DNA of 64,000 nucleotides. It comes from Chitinophagaceae bacterium. Lineage in GTDB: Bacteria; Bacteroidota; Bacteroidia; Chitinophagales; Chitinophagaceae. Below, one piece after another: positions 1 through 9,133 of the stretch; position 1 is the stretch's first letter; the number at the start of each line of letters is the position of its first letter. Made by a program: the position numbers and the translations under genes. Location of the stretch: contig JAFMEV010000001.1 in the NCBI GenBank assembly GCA_017856545.1, forward strand, positions 66,231 through 130,230, read 5' to 3'. The notes under the pieces are model-generated. The model worked only from the letters and a program-made list of their open reading frames with translations, was not told the origin of the DNA and made no database searches.

Positions 1-1197
1 ACCTTTGGTACAGCTCAAGTAAAATTTCAAGATATTGAAATTGAATTTGTAGGCGCTCGAAAAGAAAGTTATTCCAGAGATAGTAGAAAACCTCAAGTAG
101 CTCCTGGAACAATTGAAGATGATCAAAATAGAAGAGATTTTACCATTAATGCCTTGGCTGTTGAATTATCTGATGCACATTTTGGAACCATCATTGATCC
201 ATTTGGAGGATTAGCAGATTTAGAAAAAGGTATTTTAACAACGCCACTTGCTCCCGACCAAACTTTTGATGATGATCCATTAAGAATGATGCGAGCAATA
301 CGTTTTGCAACTCAATTAGATTTTACCATTACCGAAGAAACATTTCAGTCTATTAAAAGTATGGCTGGTAGAATCAAAATTGTTTCACAAGAAAGAATTA
401 CCGATGAGTTGCAAAAAATAATGTTGACCAAGAAACCTTCAAAGGGTTGGTACTTGTTAAAAGACGCAGGATTATTAGAATACATATTTCCATTGCTATT
501 GCAATTAGAAGGTGCTGAAACCATGGATGGTATTGGTCATAAAGATAATTTCTCACATACATTACAAGTACTAGATAATGTTGCTGCACAATCAGATGAT
601 ATTTGGTTAAGATGGGCAGCACTATTGCATGATATTGCAAAGCCTAAAACCAAGAAATTTGAGCAGGGTTTTGGTTGGTCATTTCATGGGCATGAAGTAG
701 TGGGTGCAAGAATGGTGCCTAAAATTTTTACCCAATTAAAATTGCCATTGAATGAGAAAATGAAAATGGTTCAAAAATTGGTAGCCTTGCATTTAAGACC
801 GATTTCATTGACCAAAGAAAACGTTACAGACAGTGCCATCAGAAGATTGTTGTTTGATGCTGGAGATGATATTGATTCTTTAATGATTTTATGTTCGGGG
901 GATATTACCAGTAAAAATCAACATAAAGTAAGAAGATATTTACAAGGTTTTGAATTGGTGAAACAAAGAATTGTAGAAGTAGAAGAAAAAGATAAAATTA
1001 GAAATTGGCAGCCACCAATCACAGGTGAATTGATCATGCAAATATTTGGTATTCCTCCTTCCAAAGAAGTGGGTATTATTAAAGATGCTATCAGGGAAGC
1101 GATTTTAGATGGAGTCATTCCAAATGCATATGAACCTGCCTATGCCTTTATGATGGAGGAGGCAGCAAAACTTGGCTTAAAACCCATTAGTGCATAA
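1..1197 (+). CDS. cca: CCA tRNA nucleotidyltransferase / poly(A) polymerase family with HD domain (5' truncated by window edge)
   Basis: Frame 1 is open from base 1 (TFGTAQVK...EFVGARKESYSRDSRKP...DQNRRDFTINAL); contains DDPLRMMRAIRFA and LLHDIAKP (HD) motifs. Confidence 0.9.
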   Translation, partial: TFGTAQVKFQDIEIEFVGARKESYSRDSRKPQVAPGTIEDDQNRRDFTINALAVELSDAHFGTIIDPFGGLADLEKGILTTPLAPDQTFDDDPLRMMRAIRFATQLDFTITEETFQSIKSMAGRIKIVSQERITDELQKIMLTKKPSKGWYLLKDAGLLEYIFPLLLQLEGAETMDGIGHKDNFSHTLQVLDNVAAQSDDIWLRWAALLHDIAKPKTKKFEQGFGWSFHGHEVVGARMVPKIFTQLKLPLNEKMKMVQKLVALHLRPISLTKENVTDSAIRRLLFDAGDDIDSLMILCSGDITSKNQHKVRRYLQGFELVKQRIVEVEEKDKIRNWQPPITGELIMQIFGIPPSKEVGIIKDAIREAILDGVIPNAYEPAYAFMMEEAAKLGLKPISA

Positions 1198-1259
1198 TTG
1201 TTGCATATTTTCATTTTCTAAGGCTAATAAATAGTAAATTAGCGCTTCAAAATCACCTT

Positions 1260-1859
1260 ATGGCCATTTTAAAGTTTAGAGTTTATTGGGAAGAGGAAGA
1301 TGCAATTTATAGAGATGTCTTGGTGAAGCATACGCAACATTTTTCTGATTTTCATCAAATCATTTTGAAAGCTTTTGAATTTGATCAAAAGCACGATGCC
1401 ACTTTTTTTAGAAGCAATGAAAAATGGCAAAGAGGAAGAGAGATTAGTAAAGAAGTGTACCAAAAAGAATATCCTGTAGCTCCATTATTGATGGATGAAA
1501 CAACTATTGGATCAGAAATAATGGATACCAATCAGCATTTTATTTACTTATACGATTTTAATAAAGCTTGGACTTTCTTGGTGGAATTAATTCAAGTAAT
1601 CAAGAATGCTGATGCAGATATGAATGCAGAATACCCACTTATATCTAGAGTTGAAGGAGTAGGTCCTATGCAATATGGAACCAAAGGTTTATTGGGTGAA
1701 AAATTTGCAGACATAGAAGAGAAATATGATTTATCTGAAGCAGATGAGGGATTTGGTGAAGAGGGGGAGGACTCCGATTCGAATGACACTGATGAAGATG
1801 AAGATACTACAGAAGACGATAATGGAGGTTTTTTTGACGATTCATCCGAAGCATATTAA
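1260..1859 (+). CDS. pRiA4b ORF-3-like / 'IS1096 passenger TnpR' family protein with acidic C-terminal tail
   Basis: 199 aa; N-terminal 'LKFRVYWEE..IYRDVLV...F.DFH..IL.AFEFD' and 'YLYDF...WTFLVEL' pattern recalled for this family; D/E-rich last ~45 aa. Confidence 0.55.
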   Translation: MAILKFRVYWEEEDAIYRDVLVKHTQHFSDFHQIILKAFEFDQKHDATFFRSNEKWQRGREISKEVYQKEYPVAPLLMDETTIGSEIMDTNQHFIYLYDFNKAWTFLVELIQVIKNADADMNAEYPLISRVEGVGPMQYGTKGLLGEKFADIEEKYDLSEADEGFGEEGEDSDSNDTDEDEDTTEDDNGGFFDDSSEAY

Positions 1860-1867
1860 ATTCTACA

Positions 1868-2767
1868 ATGTTGTCTAAAACAGTTTATATAATAGTGGGT
1901 CCTACTGCTGTTGGAAAAACTTCTTTAGCTATTCAATTGGCCAAGCATTTGCAAACAGAGATTATATCTGCAGATGCAAGACAATGTTACAGAGAACTTG
2001 ATATTGGTGTTGCTAGACCAAGTCAAGAAGAATTAAATCAGGTCCCACATCATTTTATTGCTAATCATTCTATTCATGAAATAGTGAACGCTTCCGTTTT
2101 TGAAAAGGAAGCATTAGTCATAACTGAAAAACTATTTCAGCAAAAAGACAATATAGTGATGGTGGGCGGAACAGGTTTGTATATTAAAGCCTTTTGTGAA
2201 GGTTTGGATGATATTCCTAGTATTGATCCTTCAGTAAGATCAAGCATTATTGAATCTTATGAATCCAATGGTTTGATATGGTTGCAAAATGAATTAGCAC
2301 AAAAGGATCCACTATATTGGAAACAAGCAGAGCAAGAGAATCCACATCGATTGATGCGAGCTTTGGAAGTATATGAAGGATTAGGTAAGTCTATTCTCAC
2401 ATATCAATGTCATCAAAAAAAACAAAGACCTTTTGAAATTAAACTCATTGGTTTGGAAATGGAAAGATCTTTGTTATATAATAGAATTAACAGTCGAGTT
2501 GAGCAAATGATGGCTCTTGGATTAGAAAAAGAAGTACATACTCTTTTACCTCAATTTTCACTCAATGCGCTTCAAACAGTAGGATATAGGGAATGGTTGC
2601 CGTATTTTAATCAAGAGCAAACTAAAGAACAAGTAATTGCAGCTATTCAGCAAAATACCAGACAGTATGCCAAGAGGCAAATGACCTGGTTTAAAAAAGA
2701 CCCATCTGTTCAATGGTTTAATGCATCAGCACCTGATTTACTAAATACGATAATTGCAAGCCTTTAA
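1868..2767 (+). CDS. miaA: tRNA dimethylallyltransferase
   Basis: GPTAVGKT P-loop, SADARQCYRELDIG, VGGTGLYIKA, TRQYAKRQMTWF. Confidence 0.97.
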   Translation: MLSKTVYIIVGPTAVGKTSLAIQLAKHLQTEIISADARQCYRELDIGVARPSQEELNQVPHHFIANHSIHEIVNASVFEKEALVITEKLFQQKDNIVMVGGTGLYIKAFCEGLDDIPSIDPSVRSSIIESYESNGLIWLQNELAQKDPLYWKQAEQENPHRLMRALEVYEGLGKSILTYQCHQKKQRPFEIKLIGLEMERSLLYNRINSRVEQMMALGLEKEVHTLLPQFSLNALQTVGYREWLPYFNQEQTKEQVIAAIQQNTRQYAKRQMTWFKKDPSVQWFNASAPDLLNTIIASL

Positions 2768-2835
2768 CATTATTTTATTTGCTCTAATCTGCCTTTCGTA
2801 CTAGTTTTACCCTTCAAAATTTTAAATTTTACAAG

Positions 2836-4161
2836 ATGAAAAAACAGTTTTTTTTAAGCTGTCTATTGCTATTTATTGGAGCAACGGCATTTGGACAGTC
2901 AATACAATTTGAAAAATATGTATTACCTAATGGTTTAAAAGTGATTTTGCACGAAGATCATTCTGCACCGGTAGTTGCAGTTACCGCATTATACCATGTG
3001 GGTTCTAAAAATGAAGATACAGCGAGAACAGGATTCGCGCATTTCTTTGAGCATTTATTATTTGAAGGATCTGAAAACATTAAAAGAGGAGAGTTTGATA
3101 AATATGTTACCAATGCTGGAGGTGCTTTGAATGCAAATACTTCTCAGGATAGAACTTTTTATTATGAATTACTTCCTTCTAACCAAGTAGAGTTAGGACT
3201 TTGGTTAGAAAGTGAAAGAATGATGCATGCTAAAATTGAACAAATAGGTGTAAATACACAAAGAGAAGTGGTGAAAGAAGAGAAGCGTCAAAGAATGGAC
3301 AATCGTCCTTATGGAAGTTTTTTGAACGAGATGTTGAAGAGAGCTTTTAAAGTACATCCTTATAGATGGTCACCCATTGGTAGTATGGATCATTTAAATG
3401 CTGCTAAATTAGAAGAGTTTATTCAATTCTATAAAACTTATTATGTTCCTAACAATTGTGTTCTTTCAATCGCTGGTGATTTTAATAAGGCTGAATTAAA
3501 AGAAAAGATAGCTGCTTATTTTGGATCTATTCCTAAAGGCACCATTGCTATCAATCGCCCTACTATTAAAGAACCTGCTTTGGGAGGTGAAGTGAGAGAT
3601 ATCATTTATGACAACATTCAATTGCCTGGAGTTTTTCAAGCCTATAGAGCACCCAAGCAAGGTGGTAATGAGTACTATGCTTTTAATGTATTGTCTACTA
3701 TCTTAAGTGGTGGTGAATCTTCAAGAATGAACAAAACCCTAGTAGATAAAAAACAACAAGCTGCTGCAGCGCAATCTGTTCCTTTCTTTAATGAAGATGA
3801 GGGACTGTTGATTGCTTTAGCAATTGCGAATGTTGGTGTTAAGATTGAAACATTAGAGCAAAGTATGGATAGCGTAACAGATCAATTAAAAAATGAATTG
3901 GTAAGTGAAAGAGAATTTCAAAAAGTAAAGAACCAAATTACATCTGATCTAGTTTCTAGCAAAGCTACAATGGCTGGTATTGCAGAAAGTTTGGCAAACA
4001 ATGAAGTATATTTTGGAGATGCCAACTTGATTAATACAGAATTAGAAAAATATAATAAGGTGACAAGAGAAGATGTTTTAAATGTTGCTAAAAAGTATCT
4101 AAACAAAGACAATAGAGTGGTATTGTATTATTTACCTAAGCAAAAAAGCGCTTCAAAATAA
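2836..4161 (+). CDS. Secreted M16 family zinc metallopeptidase, catalytic subunit
   Basis: Signal peptide ending AFG-Q; inverted zinc motif HFFEH; NANTSQDRTFYY and downstream LESERM. Confidence 0.9.
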   Translation: MKKQFFLSCLLLFIGATAFGQSIQFEKYVLPNGLKVILHEDHSAPVVAVTALYHVGSKNEDTARTGFAHFFEHLLFEGSENIKRGEFDKYVTNAGGALNANTSQDRTFYYELLPSNQVELGLWLESERMMHAKIEQIGVNTQREVVKEEKRQRMDNRPYGSFLNEMLKRAFKVHPYRWSPIGSMDHLNAAKLEEFIQFYKTYYVPNNCVLSIAGDFNKAELKEKIAAYFGSIPKGTIAINRPTIKEPALGGEVRDIIYDNIQLPGVFQAYRAPKQGGNEYYAFNVLSTILSGGESSRMNKTLVDKKQQAAAAQSVPFFNEDEGLLIALAIANVGVKIETLEQSMDSVTDQLKNELVSEREFQKVKNQITSDLVSSKATMAGIAESLANNEVYFGDANLINTELEKYNKVTREDVLNVAKKYLNKDNRVVLYYLPKQKSASK

Positions 4162-4188
4162 AAATTAACTTATTTCAATTATCATATT

Positions 4189-6252
4189 ATGAAAAAAATA
4201 TTCAATATAATTATCTGTTTTTTACCCCTTGCTGCCTTCGCACAAAAAATAGACAGATCTAAAGCGCCTGCTCCTGGGAAAGCTCCAATGATTCAAGTGG
4301 CGAGTCCAGTAAAATTTACTTTACCCAATGGCTTGAAAGTGTATGTTGTTAAGAATACAAAATTACCAAGAGTAATTGCTAGTATCAACTTTGATCTAGA
4401 TGGCTTCAAAGAGGGAGACAAGGCAGGATTGGCTGAAATGGCAGGACAATTAATCAAAAGAGGCACTACTACAAAAACCAAAGAACAAATTGATGAAGCA
4501 GTGGAGTATTTGGGCGGAAGTTTATCTACATCAAGCACTAGTGCAGTTGCAATTTCTTTAAAATCTAATTTCCCAACTTTATTTGGATTATTATCTGAAG
4601 TGGTGTTACATCCAGCTTTGAATGCTGAAGAATTAGAAAAAGTAAGAAAACAAACTATTTCTGGTATTGAAACGAATAAAGATGATGCAGATGCTATTGC
4701 TGATAATGTTGTAAAGAAATTGGTTTATGGTGCAAACCATCCTTTTGGTGAAATCATGACAACTAAAACAGTGAATTCAATAAAAGTAGAAGATGTGAAG
4801 GCATTTGTCAATAACTATTGGAAACCTAATATTGCTAGTTTAGTTTTTGTGGGTGATATTGAACCAATGGATGCTAAAAAATTAGCTGAAAAATATTTAA
4901 GTGCTTGGCAAAAAGGAAATGTTCCAGCGCAACAATTTGAAAAGTCTCCAAGACCAGCAAAAACTTATGTAGCTGTGGTTGATAGACCTTCATCTGTTCA
5001 AAGTGTGGTGACGATTGCTGCTCCCGTACAGTTGGTTAAAGGAGCTCCTAATGATATTCCTGCTAATGTGATGAATAATATTTTAGGAGGTGGATTCTCT
5101 GGTAGATTATTCGCTAATCTTAGAGAAAAGCATGGTTTTACTTATGGGGCATATTCTTCTTTACAATCTAATAAGTATGTAGGTATTTTTAAAGCAGAAG
5201 CTTCTGTAAGAAATGAAAAAACGGATAGCTCTATTCAAGAAACACTTGCTGAAATAAAGAAAATCCAAACTGAGAAAGTTGGAGAAGAAGAATTAGGTAG
5301 AATGAAAAATTATTTAGCGGGTGGGTTTGCAAGATCATTGGAAAATCCTTCAACTATTGCAGGCTTTGCATTAAATATTGAGAAATACAATTTACCAGCA
5401 GATTATTATCAAAAGTATTTAACCAATTTGGCTTCAGTGAGTGCAACACAGGTTCAGGATGCTGCTACTGGTTTATTACAGCTTGCTCAAATGCATATTG
5501 TTATTGTAGGAGATGCTAAGCAAGTTGCAAAAGGGTTAGAAAAATATGGAGAAGTAAAGTATTTTGACGTGGAGGGTAATGAAGTGGCTGCTCCAAAAGA
5601 AGTAAAAGCAGATGCATCCTTGACCGTAGACGTTTTAATCAATAAAACGGTAGAAGCAATGGGTGGTAAAGCATCTATTGAAAAGATCAAAGATGTTCAA
5701 TTAAATGGTAAAGTAGGAGTGATGGGGCAGTCCATTGACGTGGTTCAAAAAATCATCCAACCAGGAAGTGCTGTTATGTTAATGTCTATGGGTGGTATGG
5801 TAATTTCAAAGCAAGCAGTAGTTGATGGGAAATATGAAGTAAGTCAACAAGGCATGCAAGCGCCTATTACAGATGATTTGAAAGAGGGATTAGATGAGTC
5901 TGCATATTTGGTTCCAGAATTAATGTATCAGCAAAAAGGGTATACATTAAATATTGTAGGCATTGAACAAGTAGATGGTAAAGATGCCATTGATGTTGAA
6001 TTAACTGCACCTTCTGGTAAAAAATCACATAGATTCTATGATAAAGAAACTTATTTATTGGTAAAAACAACCAAAGTAGAGAAAGGGCCACAAGGTCCGG
6101 TTACTCAACAACAATATTATAAGAACTATCAAAAAGTAGATGGAGTAGCTTTCGCAAAAGAATCAGTGATGGATTTAGGACAATTTAAAATGAATCTAAA
6201 TTTTGAAACGATCAAAGTAAATCAGGGTTTAAAATTAGAAGACCTTAAATAA
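4189..6252 (+). CDS. Secreted M16 family non-catalytic partner subunit with extra ~230-aa C-terminal domain
   Basis: Signal peptide AFA-Q; M16 fold motifs (LPNGLKV, LGGGFSGRLFANLREKHGFTYGAYS) but no HxxEH; C-terminal extension beginning LINKTVEAMGG. Confidence 0.8.
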   Translation: MKKIFNIIICFLPLAAFAQKIDRSKAPAPGKAPMIQVASPVKFTLPNGLKVYVVKNTKLPRVIASINFDLDGFKEGDKAGLAEMAGQLIKRGTTTKTKEQIDEAVEYLGGSLSTSSTSAVAISLKSNFPTLFGLLSEVVLHPALNAEELEKVRKQTISGIETNKDDADAIADNVVKKLVYGANHPFGEIMTTKTVNSIKVEDVKAFVNNYWKPNIASLVFVGDIEPMDAKKLAEKYLSAWQKGNVPAQQFEKSPRPAKTYVAVVDRPSSVQSVVTIAAPVQLVKGAPNDIPANVMNNILGGGFSGRLFANLREKHGFTYGAYSSLQSNKYVGIFKAEASVRNEKTDSSIQETLAEIKKIQTEKVGEEELGRMKNYLAGGFARSLENPSTIAGFALNIEKYNLPADYYQKYLTNLASVSATQVQDAATGLLQLAQMHIVIVGDAKQVAKGLEKYGEVKYFDVEGNEVAAPKEVKADASLTVDVLINKTVEAMGGKASIEKIKDVQLNGKVGVMGQSIDVVQKIIQPGSAVMLMSMGGMVISKQAVVDGKYEVSQQGMQAPITDDLKEGLDESAYLVPELMYQQKGYTLNIVGIEQVDGKDAIDVELTAPSGKKSHRFYDKETYLLVKTTKVEKGPQGPVTQQQYYKNYQKVDGVAFAKESVMDLGQFKMNLNFETIKVNQGLKLEDLK

Positions 6253-6264
6253 TCTAATCATCTA

Positions 6265-6309
6265 TACCATAAAAAAACGCTCCAAAATTTGGAGCGTTTT
6301 TTTATGGTA
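6265..6309. terminator. Bidirectional intrinsic terminator
   Basis: Perfect 22-bp inverted repeat taccataaaaaaacgctccaaa / tttggagcgtttttttatggta between convergent genes. Confidence 0.9.
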
Positions 6310-6325
6310 GTAAGTTGAATAAAAA

Positions 6326-7837
6326 TTAAAATTTGATTCCGTATCCGATACTTAAAATTATTCTGTTGCTTTTTTGTTCAGCATAATAATTGTCTTTATC
6401 AATTAATCTATAAGGGAATAAAGCGTCTTTTGATGAGATATTCATAATGGTAATATCAATTAATTGATTGCCCATTCTGTATCCTAAGCCCCCGCTTATG
6501 CTCATAATAGATGCACTAATGGAATTATCTTTATAGGGCGAACCATAATATGCTGCGCCACCTCTTGCTAACCAAGCGTTAGATAATTTAAGTTCGGAGC
6601 CAATTTTAAAATTGATAGCATTTTTATGATTGTTTTTAATGATACTGTTTAAATCTTGGTAATAATTAATAACAGATTGATCATTATCTAAAGTATAGTA
6701 CTTCGTGCCAGCATAATTTACAAACTCTACATCTGCGCTGATAAAACCAAGTGGTTGTGTTGGTTTACTTGGACTAGCAAAAAAGTAACTACCACTTAAG
6801 ATAGCTTTTGAAGGAGTACGTAAATTATAAGTGCTAAATCTTGGGTAAAAATTATCAGTAAATTCATTTCTTAAATCTCCTGAGCCGATACCATCCGGGA
6901 ATTCGTTACTATACATAGAAGCATTTACAGCATCGCTGAAGCTGATGAGTTGTGGCGTATGAACCGTTAAACCCATTCTAAAAAATGGCTCAGGCTTGTA
7001 AATTAATCCCAACTTTGCACCAATACCAAAACCTTTTGAACTGTAATTTTCAAAAAAATCAAAAATTCCTTGGTTATTGGAAGAATAAGATTCCGTATAG
7101 TTTAGAGAGCTACTATAGTTAATCATTGGCAATACAATTGATCCTCCTAGATACAATTTATCTTGCGTATTACTTGCCCAGGTAAAACTCATTTCATTAT
7201 AACTTCCTGTGGTAGTTGCATCATAAAACTGATTTACATTTCCCTTGGCAATCGCTTGATAGTCTGTCACATCTTTATTATTATCAAATATAGGTACTAC
7301 CAATTTTGATAAATAGGCTAAAGAACTTCCGTAGATATAATTTTGTTGTGCTTGAGTTAAGTTCGCGCCATCATAATACAATTGATCTGCAAATTTTTCC
7401 AAATAACTGCTAAAGTTATTCTGCCCCTTAAAGCTAAAGCTATTGTTATAATCTGCCAGCTTAGTATAACTTATAGAGAAATTATTCTTCTTATATTTAT
7501 TTCTTCTATTTTCATCAGCGAATACTACACCAGCAATTCCTAAATTCATGTTATTATTATCAATACTAGTTTTGTTACCAAAATAGTTAAATTGATTTTT
7601 GTTAGAATTAAAGTTTGGGGAGATATAGAACTCGTTTGTTTTATATAATCCTAAGCCAGCTGGGTTAATACTTGTTGCAGATAAGTCTCCTCCTAAAGAA
7701 CCCATTGCACCACCTAATGCATTACTCCTAGGTGTTCCGTTTGGCATAAGCCAAGAATATCTTAATGCATCTTCTGGAGTTTGAGCACTTATTTGTGTTG
7801 CCACACTCAATGATACTAAGAATAAAAATTTCTTCAT
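6326..7837 (-). CDS. OmpP1/FadL-family outer membrane transporter
   Basis: Signal peptide ISA-Q; N-terminal GTPRSNALGGAMGSLGGDLSATSINPAGLG hatch motif typical of FadL/OmpP1; C-terminal GYGIKF beta-signal. Confidence 0.8.
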   Translation of the reverse strand: MKKFLFLVSLSVATQISAQTPEDALRYSWLMPNGTPRSNALGGAMGSLGGDLSATSINPAGLGLYKTNEFYISPNFNSNKNQFNYFGNKTSIDNNNMNLGIAGVVFADENRRNKYKKNNFSISYTKLADYNNSFSFKGQNNFSSYLEKFADQLYYDGANLTQAQQNYIYGSSLAYLSKLVVPIFDNNKDVTDYQAIAKGNVNQFYDATTTGSYNEMSFTWASNTQDKLYLGGSIVLPMINYSSSLNYTESYSSNNQGIFDFFENYSSKGFGIGAKLGLIYKPEPFFRMGLTVHTPQLISFSDAVNASMYSNEFPDGIGSGDLRNEFTDNFYPRFSTYNLRTPSKAILSGSYFFASPSKPTQPLGFISADVEFVNYAGTKYYTLDNDQSVINYYQDLNSIIKNNHKNAINFKIGSELKLSNAWLARGGAAYYGSPYKDNSISASIMSISGGLGYRMGNQLIDITIMNISSKDALFPYRLIDKDNYYAEQKSNRIILSIGYGIKF

Positions 7838-7876
7838 AATGATTTATTTAAACAATTGCTTTTATCAAAAGATAGG

Positions 7877-8998
7877 TTAGCGACCTCCGCCACCTCTTCT
7901 ACCGCCTCCAACAAAATTACCTCCGCCACTACTTCCACCACTAAAGCCACCTCCGCCTCCGCCACCATTGAAACTTGGGCTGCTATTGGATCTAACTGGA
8001 GCTGAATTAAAGTTATTGTTGTTAGAAAAACGAGAAGGTCTTTCTAGTGAATTAGCATTATTTGTTCTGTTATTGTAAGCAGCATTGCTACTCACGGCTC
8101 TTCTCATTAAACTTCCAAAATTATTGTTGTTTACAGTAGCGCTATTGATATTTCTTGACCTTCCACTATTCAAATTTGTATTTGGTCTAAAGCTACTGCC
8201 ATTAAAACTTCTATTATTGTTATTGTAACCTGCAAGATTGGTTCTACTTGGCTGCATTGGAATTCGCTCTCTGAATCTTACCACATTATTTGGGAAACCG
8301 ATGCCACCTCCGTTAAATATTGGTCCATATGGATTCCAGTAACCAGCAAAATAGGGGTTCCATCCCCATCCACCGAAACCACCCCATCCACCAAAACCTC
8401 CCCATCCACCGAAACCACCGCCCCAACCGCCAAATCCACCAAACCATGGATTCCATCCGCCGAAGCCGCCCCATCCTCCAAAACCACCAAACCATGGATC
8501 CCAAGCCCAACTATTCCAACCTCCGAATCCTCCTAATCCCCAACCACCAAAACCTCCCCATCCACCGAATCCACCGCCCCAACCGCCAAATCCACCTCCC
8601 CATCCACCGAACCATGGATCCCATCCCCAACCAATATTTCCAAAACCCCATCCACCAATTCCCATACCATAACCCATTGCCAAACTCATTCTATAGCTTG
8701 GGTTATTCCAGTAGCCAAAATCGTCAATGGTATTCCATCTATTTCTGTTAGCTACTTTTAATCTTAAAAAACGATCGTCTTGATAGTTTTGGTATTCTTG
8801 ATAATTTTCTTCTTGTGCAGTATTTGTATTTACTTCAACCTCATTGGATACTTCTCTTGTTGGGGTATCGTATAAGTCATCTTTTGCAATGCTCGCAGTA
8901 GTTTGTTGTAAACTTGTACAGCTTGTTTGCAATAAACTAAATGCCAATAAGCCAAAGCTTAAGATGCCAAAATGGATGTTAGTTTTTAGATTTTTCAT
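7877..8998 (-). CDS. Lipoprotein with Gly/Trp/Phe-rich repeat domain and Asn/Gly/Arg-rich tail (alternative start 9040)
   Basis: Lipobox LQTS-C, DDLY motif after the Cys, 12 GGW units, C-terminal GGGRRGGGGR; co-oriented 39 bp upstream of the FadL-like gene. Confidence 0.8.
   Translation of the reverse strand: MKNLKTNIHFGILSFGLLAFSLLQTSCTSLQQTTASIAKDDLYDTPTREVSNEVEVNTNTAQEENYQEYQNYQDDRFLRLKVANRNRWNTIDDFGYWNNPSYRMSLAMGYGMGIGGWGFGNIGWGWDPWFGGWGGGFGGWGGGFGGWGGFGGWGLGGFGGWNSWAWDPWFGGFGGWGGFGGWNPWFGGFGGWGGGFGGWGGFGGWGGFGGWGWNPYFAGYWNPYGPIFNGGGIGFPNNVVRFRERIPMQPSRTNLAGYNNNNRSFNGSSFRPNTNLNSGRSRNINSATVNNNNFGSLMRRAVSSNAAYNNRTNNANSLERPSRFSNNNNFNSAPVRSNSSPSFNGGGGGGGFSGGSSGGGNFVGGGRRGGGGR
8366..8656 (-). 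repeat. Coding tandem repeats (FGGW x11, GGW x12) including a 53-bp direct repeat pair (8388-8440 and 8544-8596, 1 mismatch)
   Basis: Read directly: recurring cca-tcc-acc / ccccaaccgcc units; ccaccaaaacctccccatccaccgaa(a/t)ccaccgccccaaccgccaaatccacc occurs twice, 156 bp apart. Confidence 0.9.
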
Positions 8999-9133
8999 GT
9001 TACGATATTTTTTGGTTTTAATATGCCCCTGATTTAGCATACTTTTGACAACCTAAAGGTACAAAAGTTTAATATATAGAGCGTTTTTCGTAGATGAATT
9101 GTTACTACTAAAAATGTTAATATTTTATCAATT

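Noticed and set aside
1260-1859. Insertion sequence, suggested by the 'IS1096 passenger' family name
   Set aside because: No transposase, terminal inverted repeats or target duplication; the gene is tightly embedded in a housekeeping operon
8366-8656. Repeats as a possible CRISPR array
   Set aside because: Units are in-frame, degenerate at synonymous positions and lack unique spacers; no cas genes in the window
8278-8751. Extra ORFs over the repeat region (8320..8751 +, 8278..8490 -, 8313..8510 -)
   Set aside because: Shadow frames produced by the stop-poor Gly/Trp repeat; no signal, promoter or family motif
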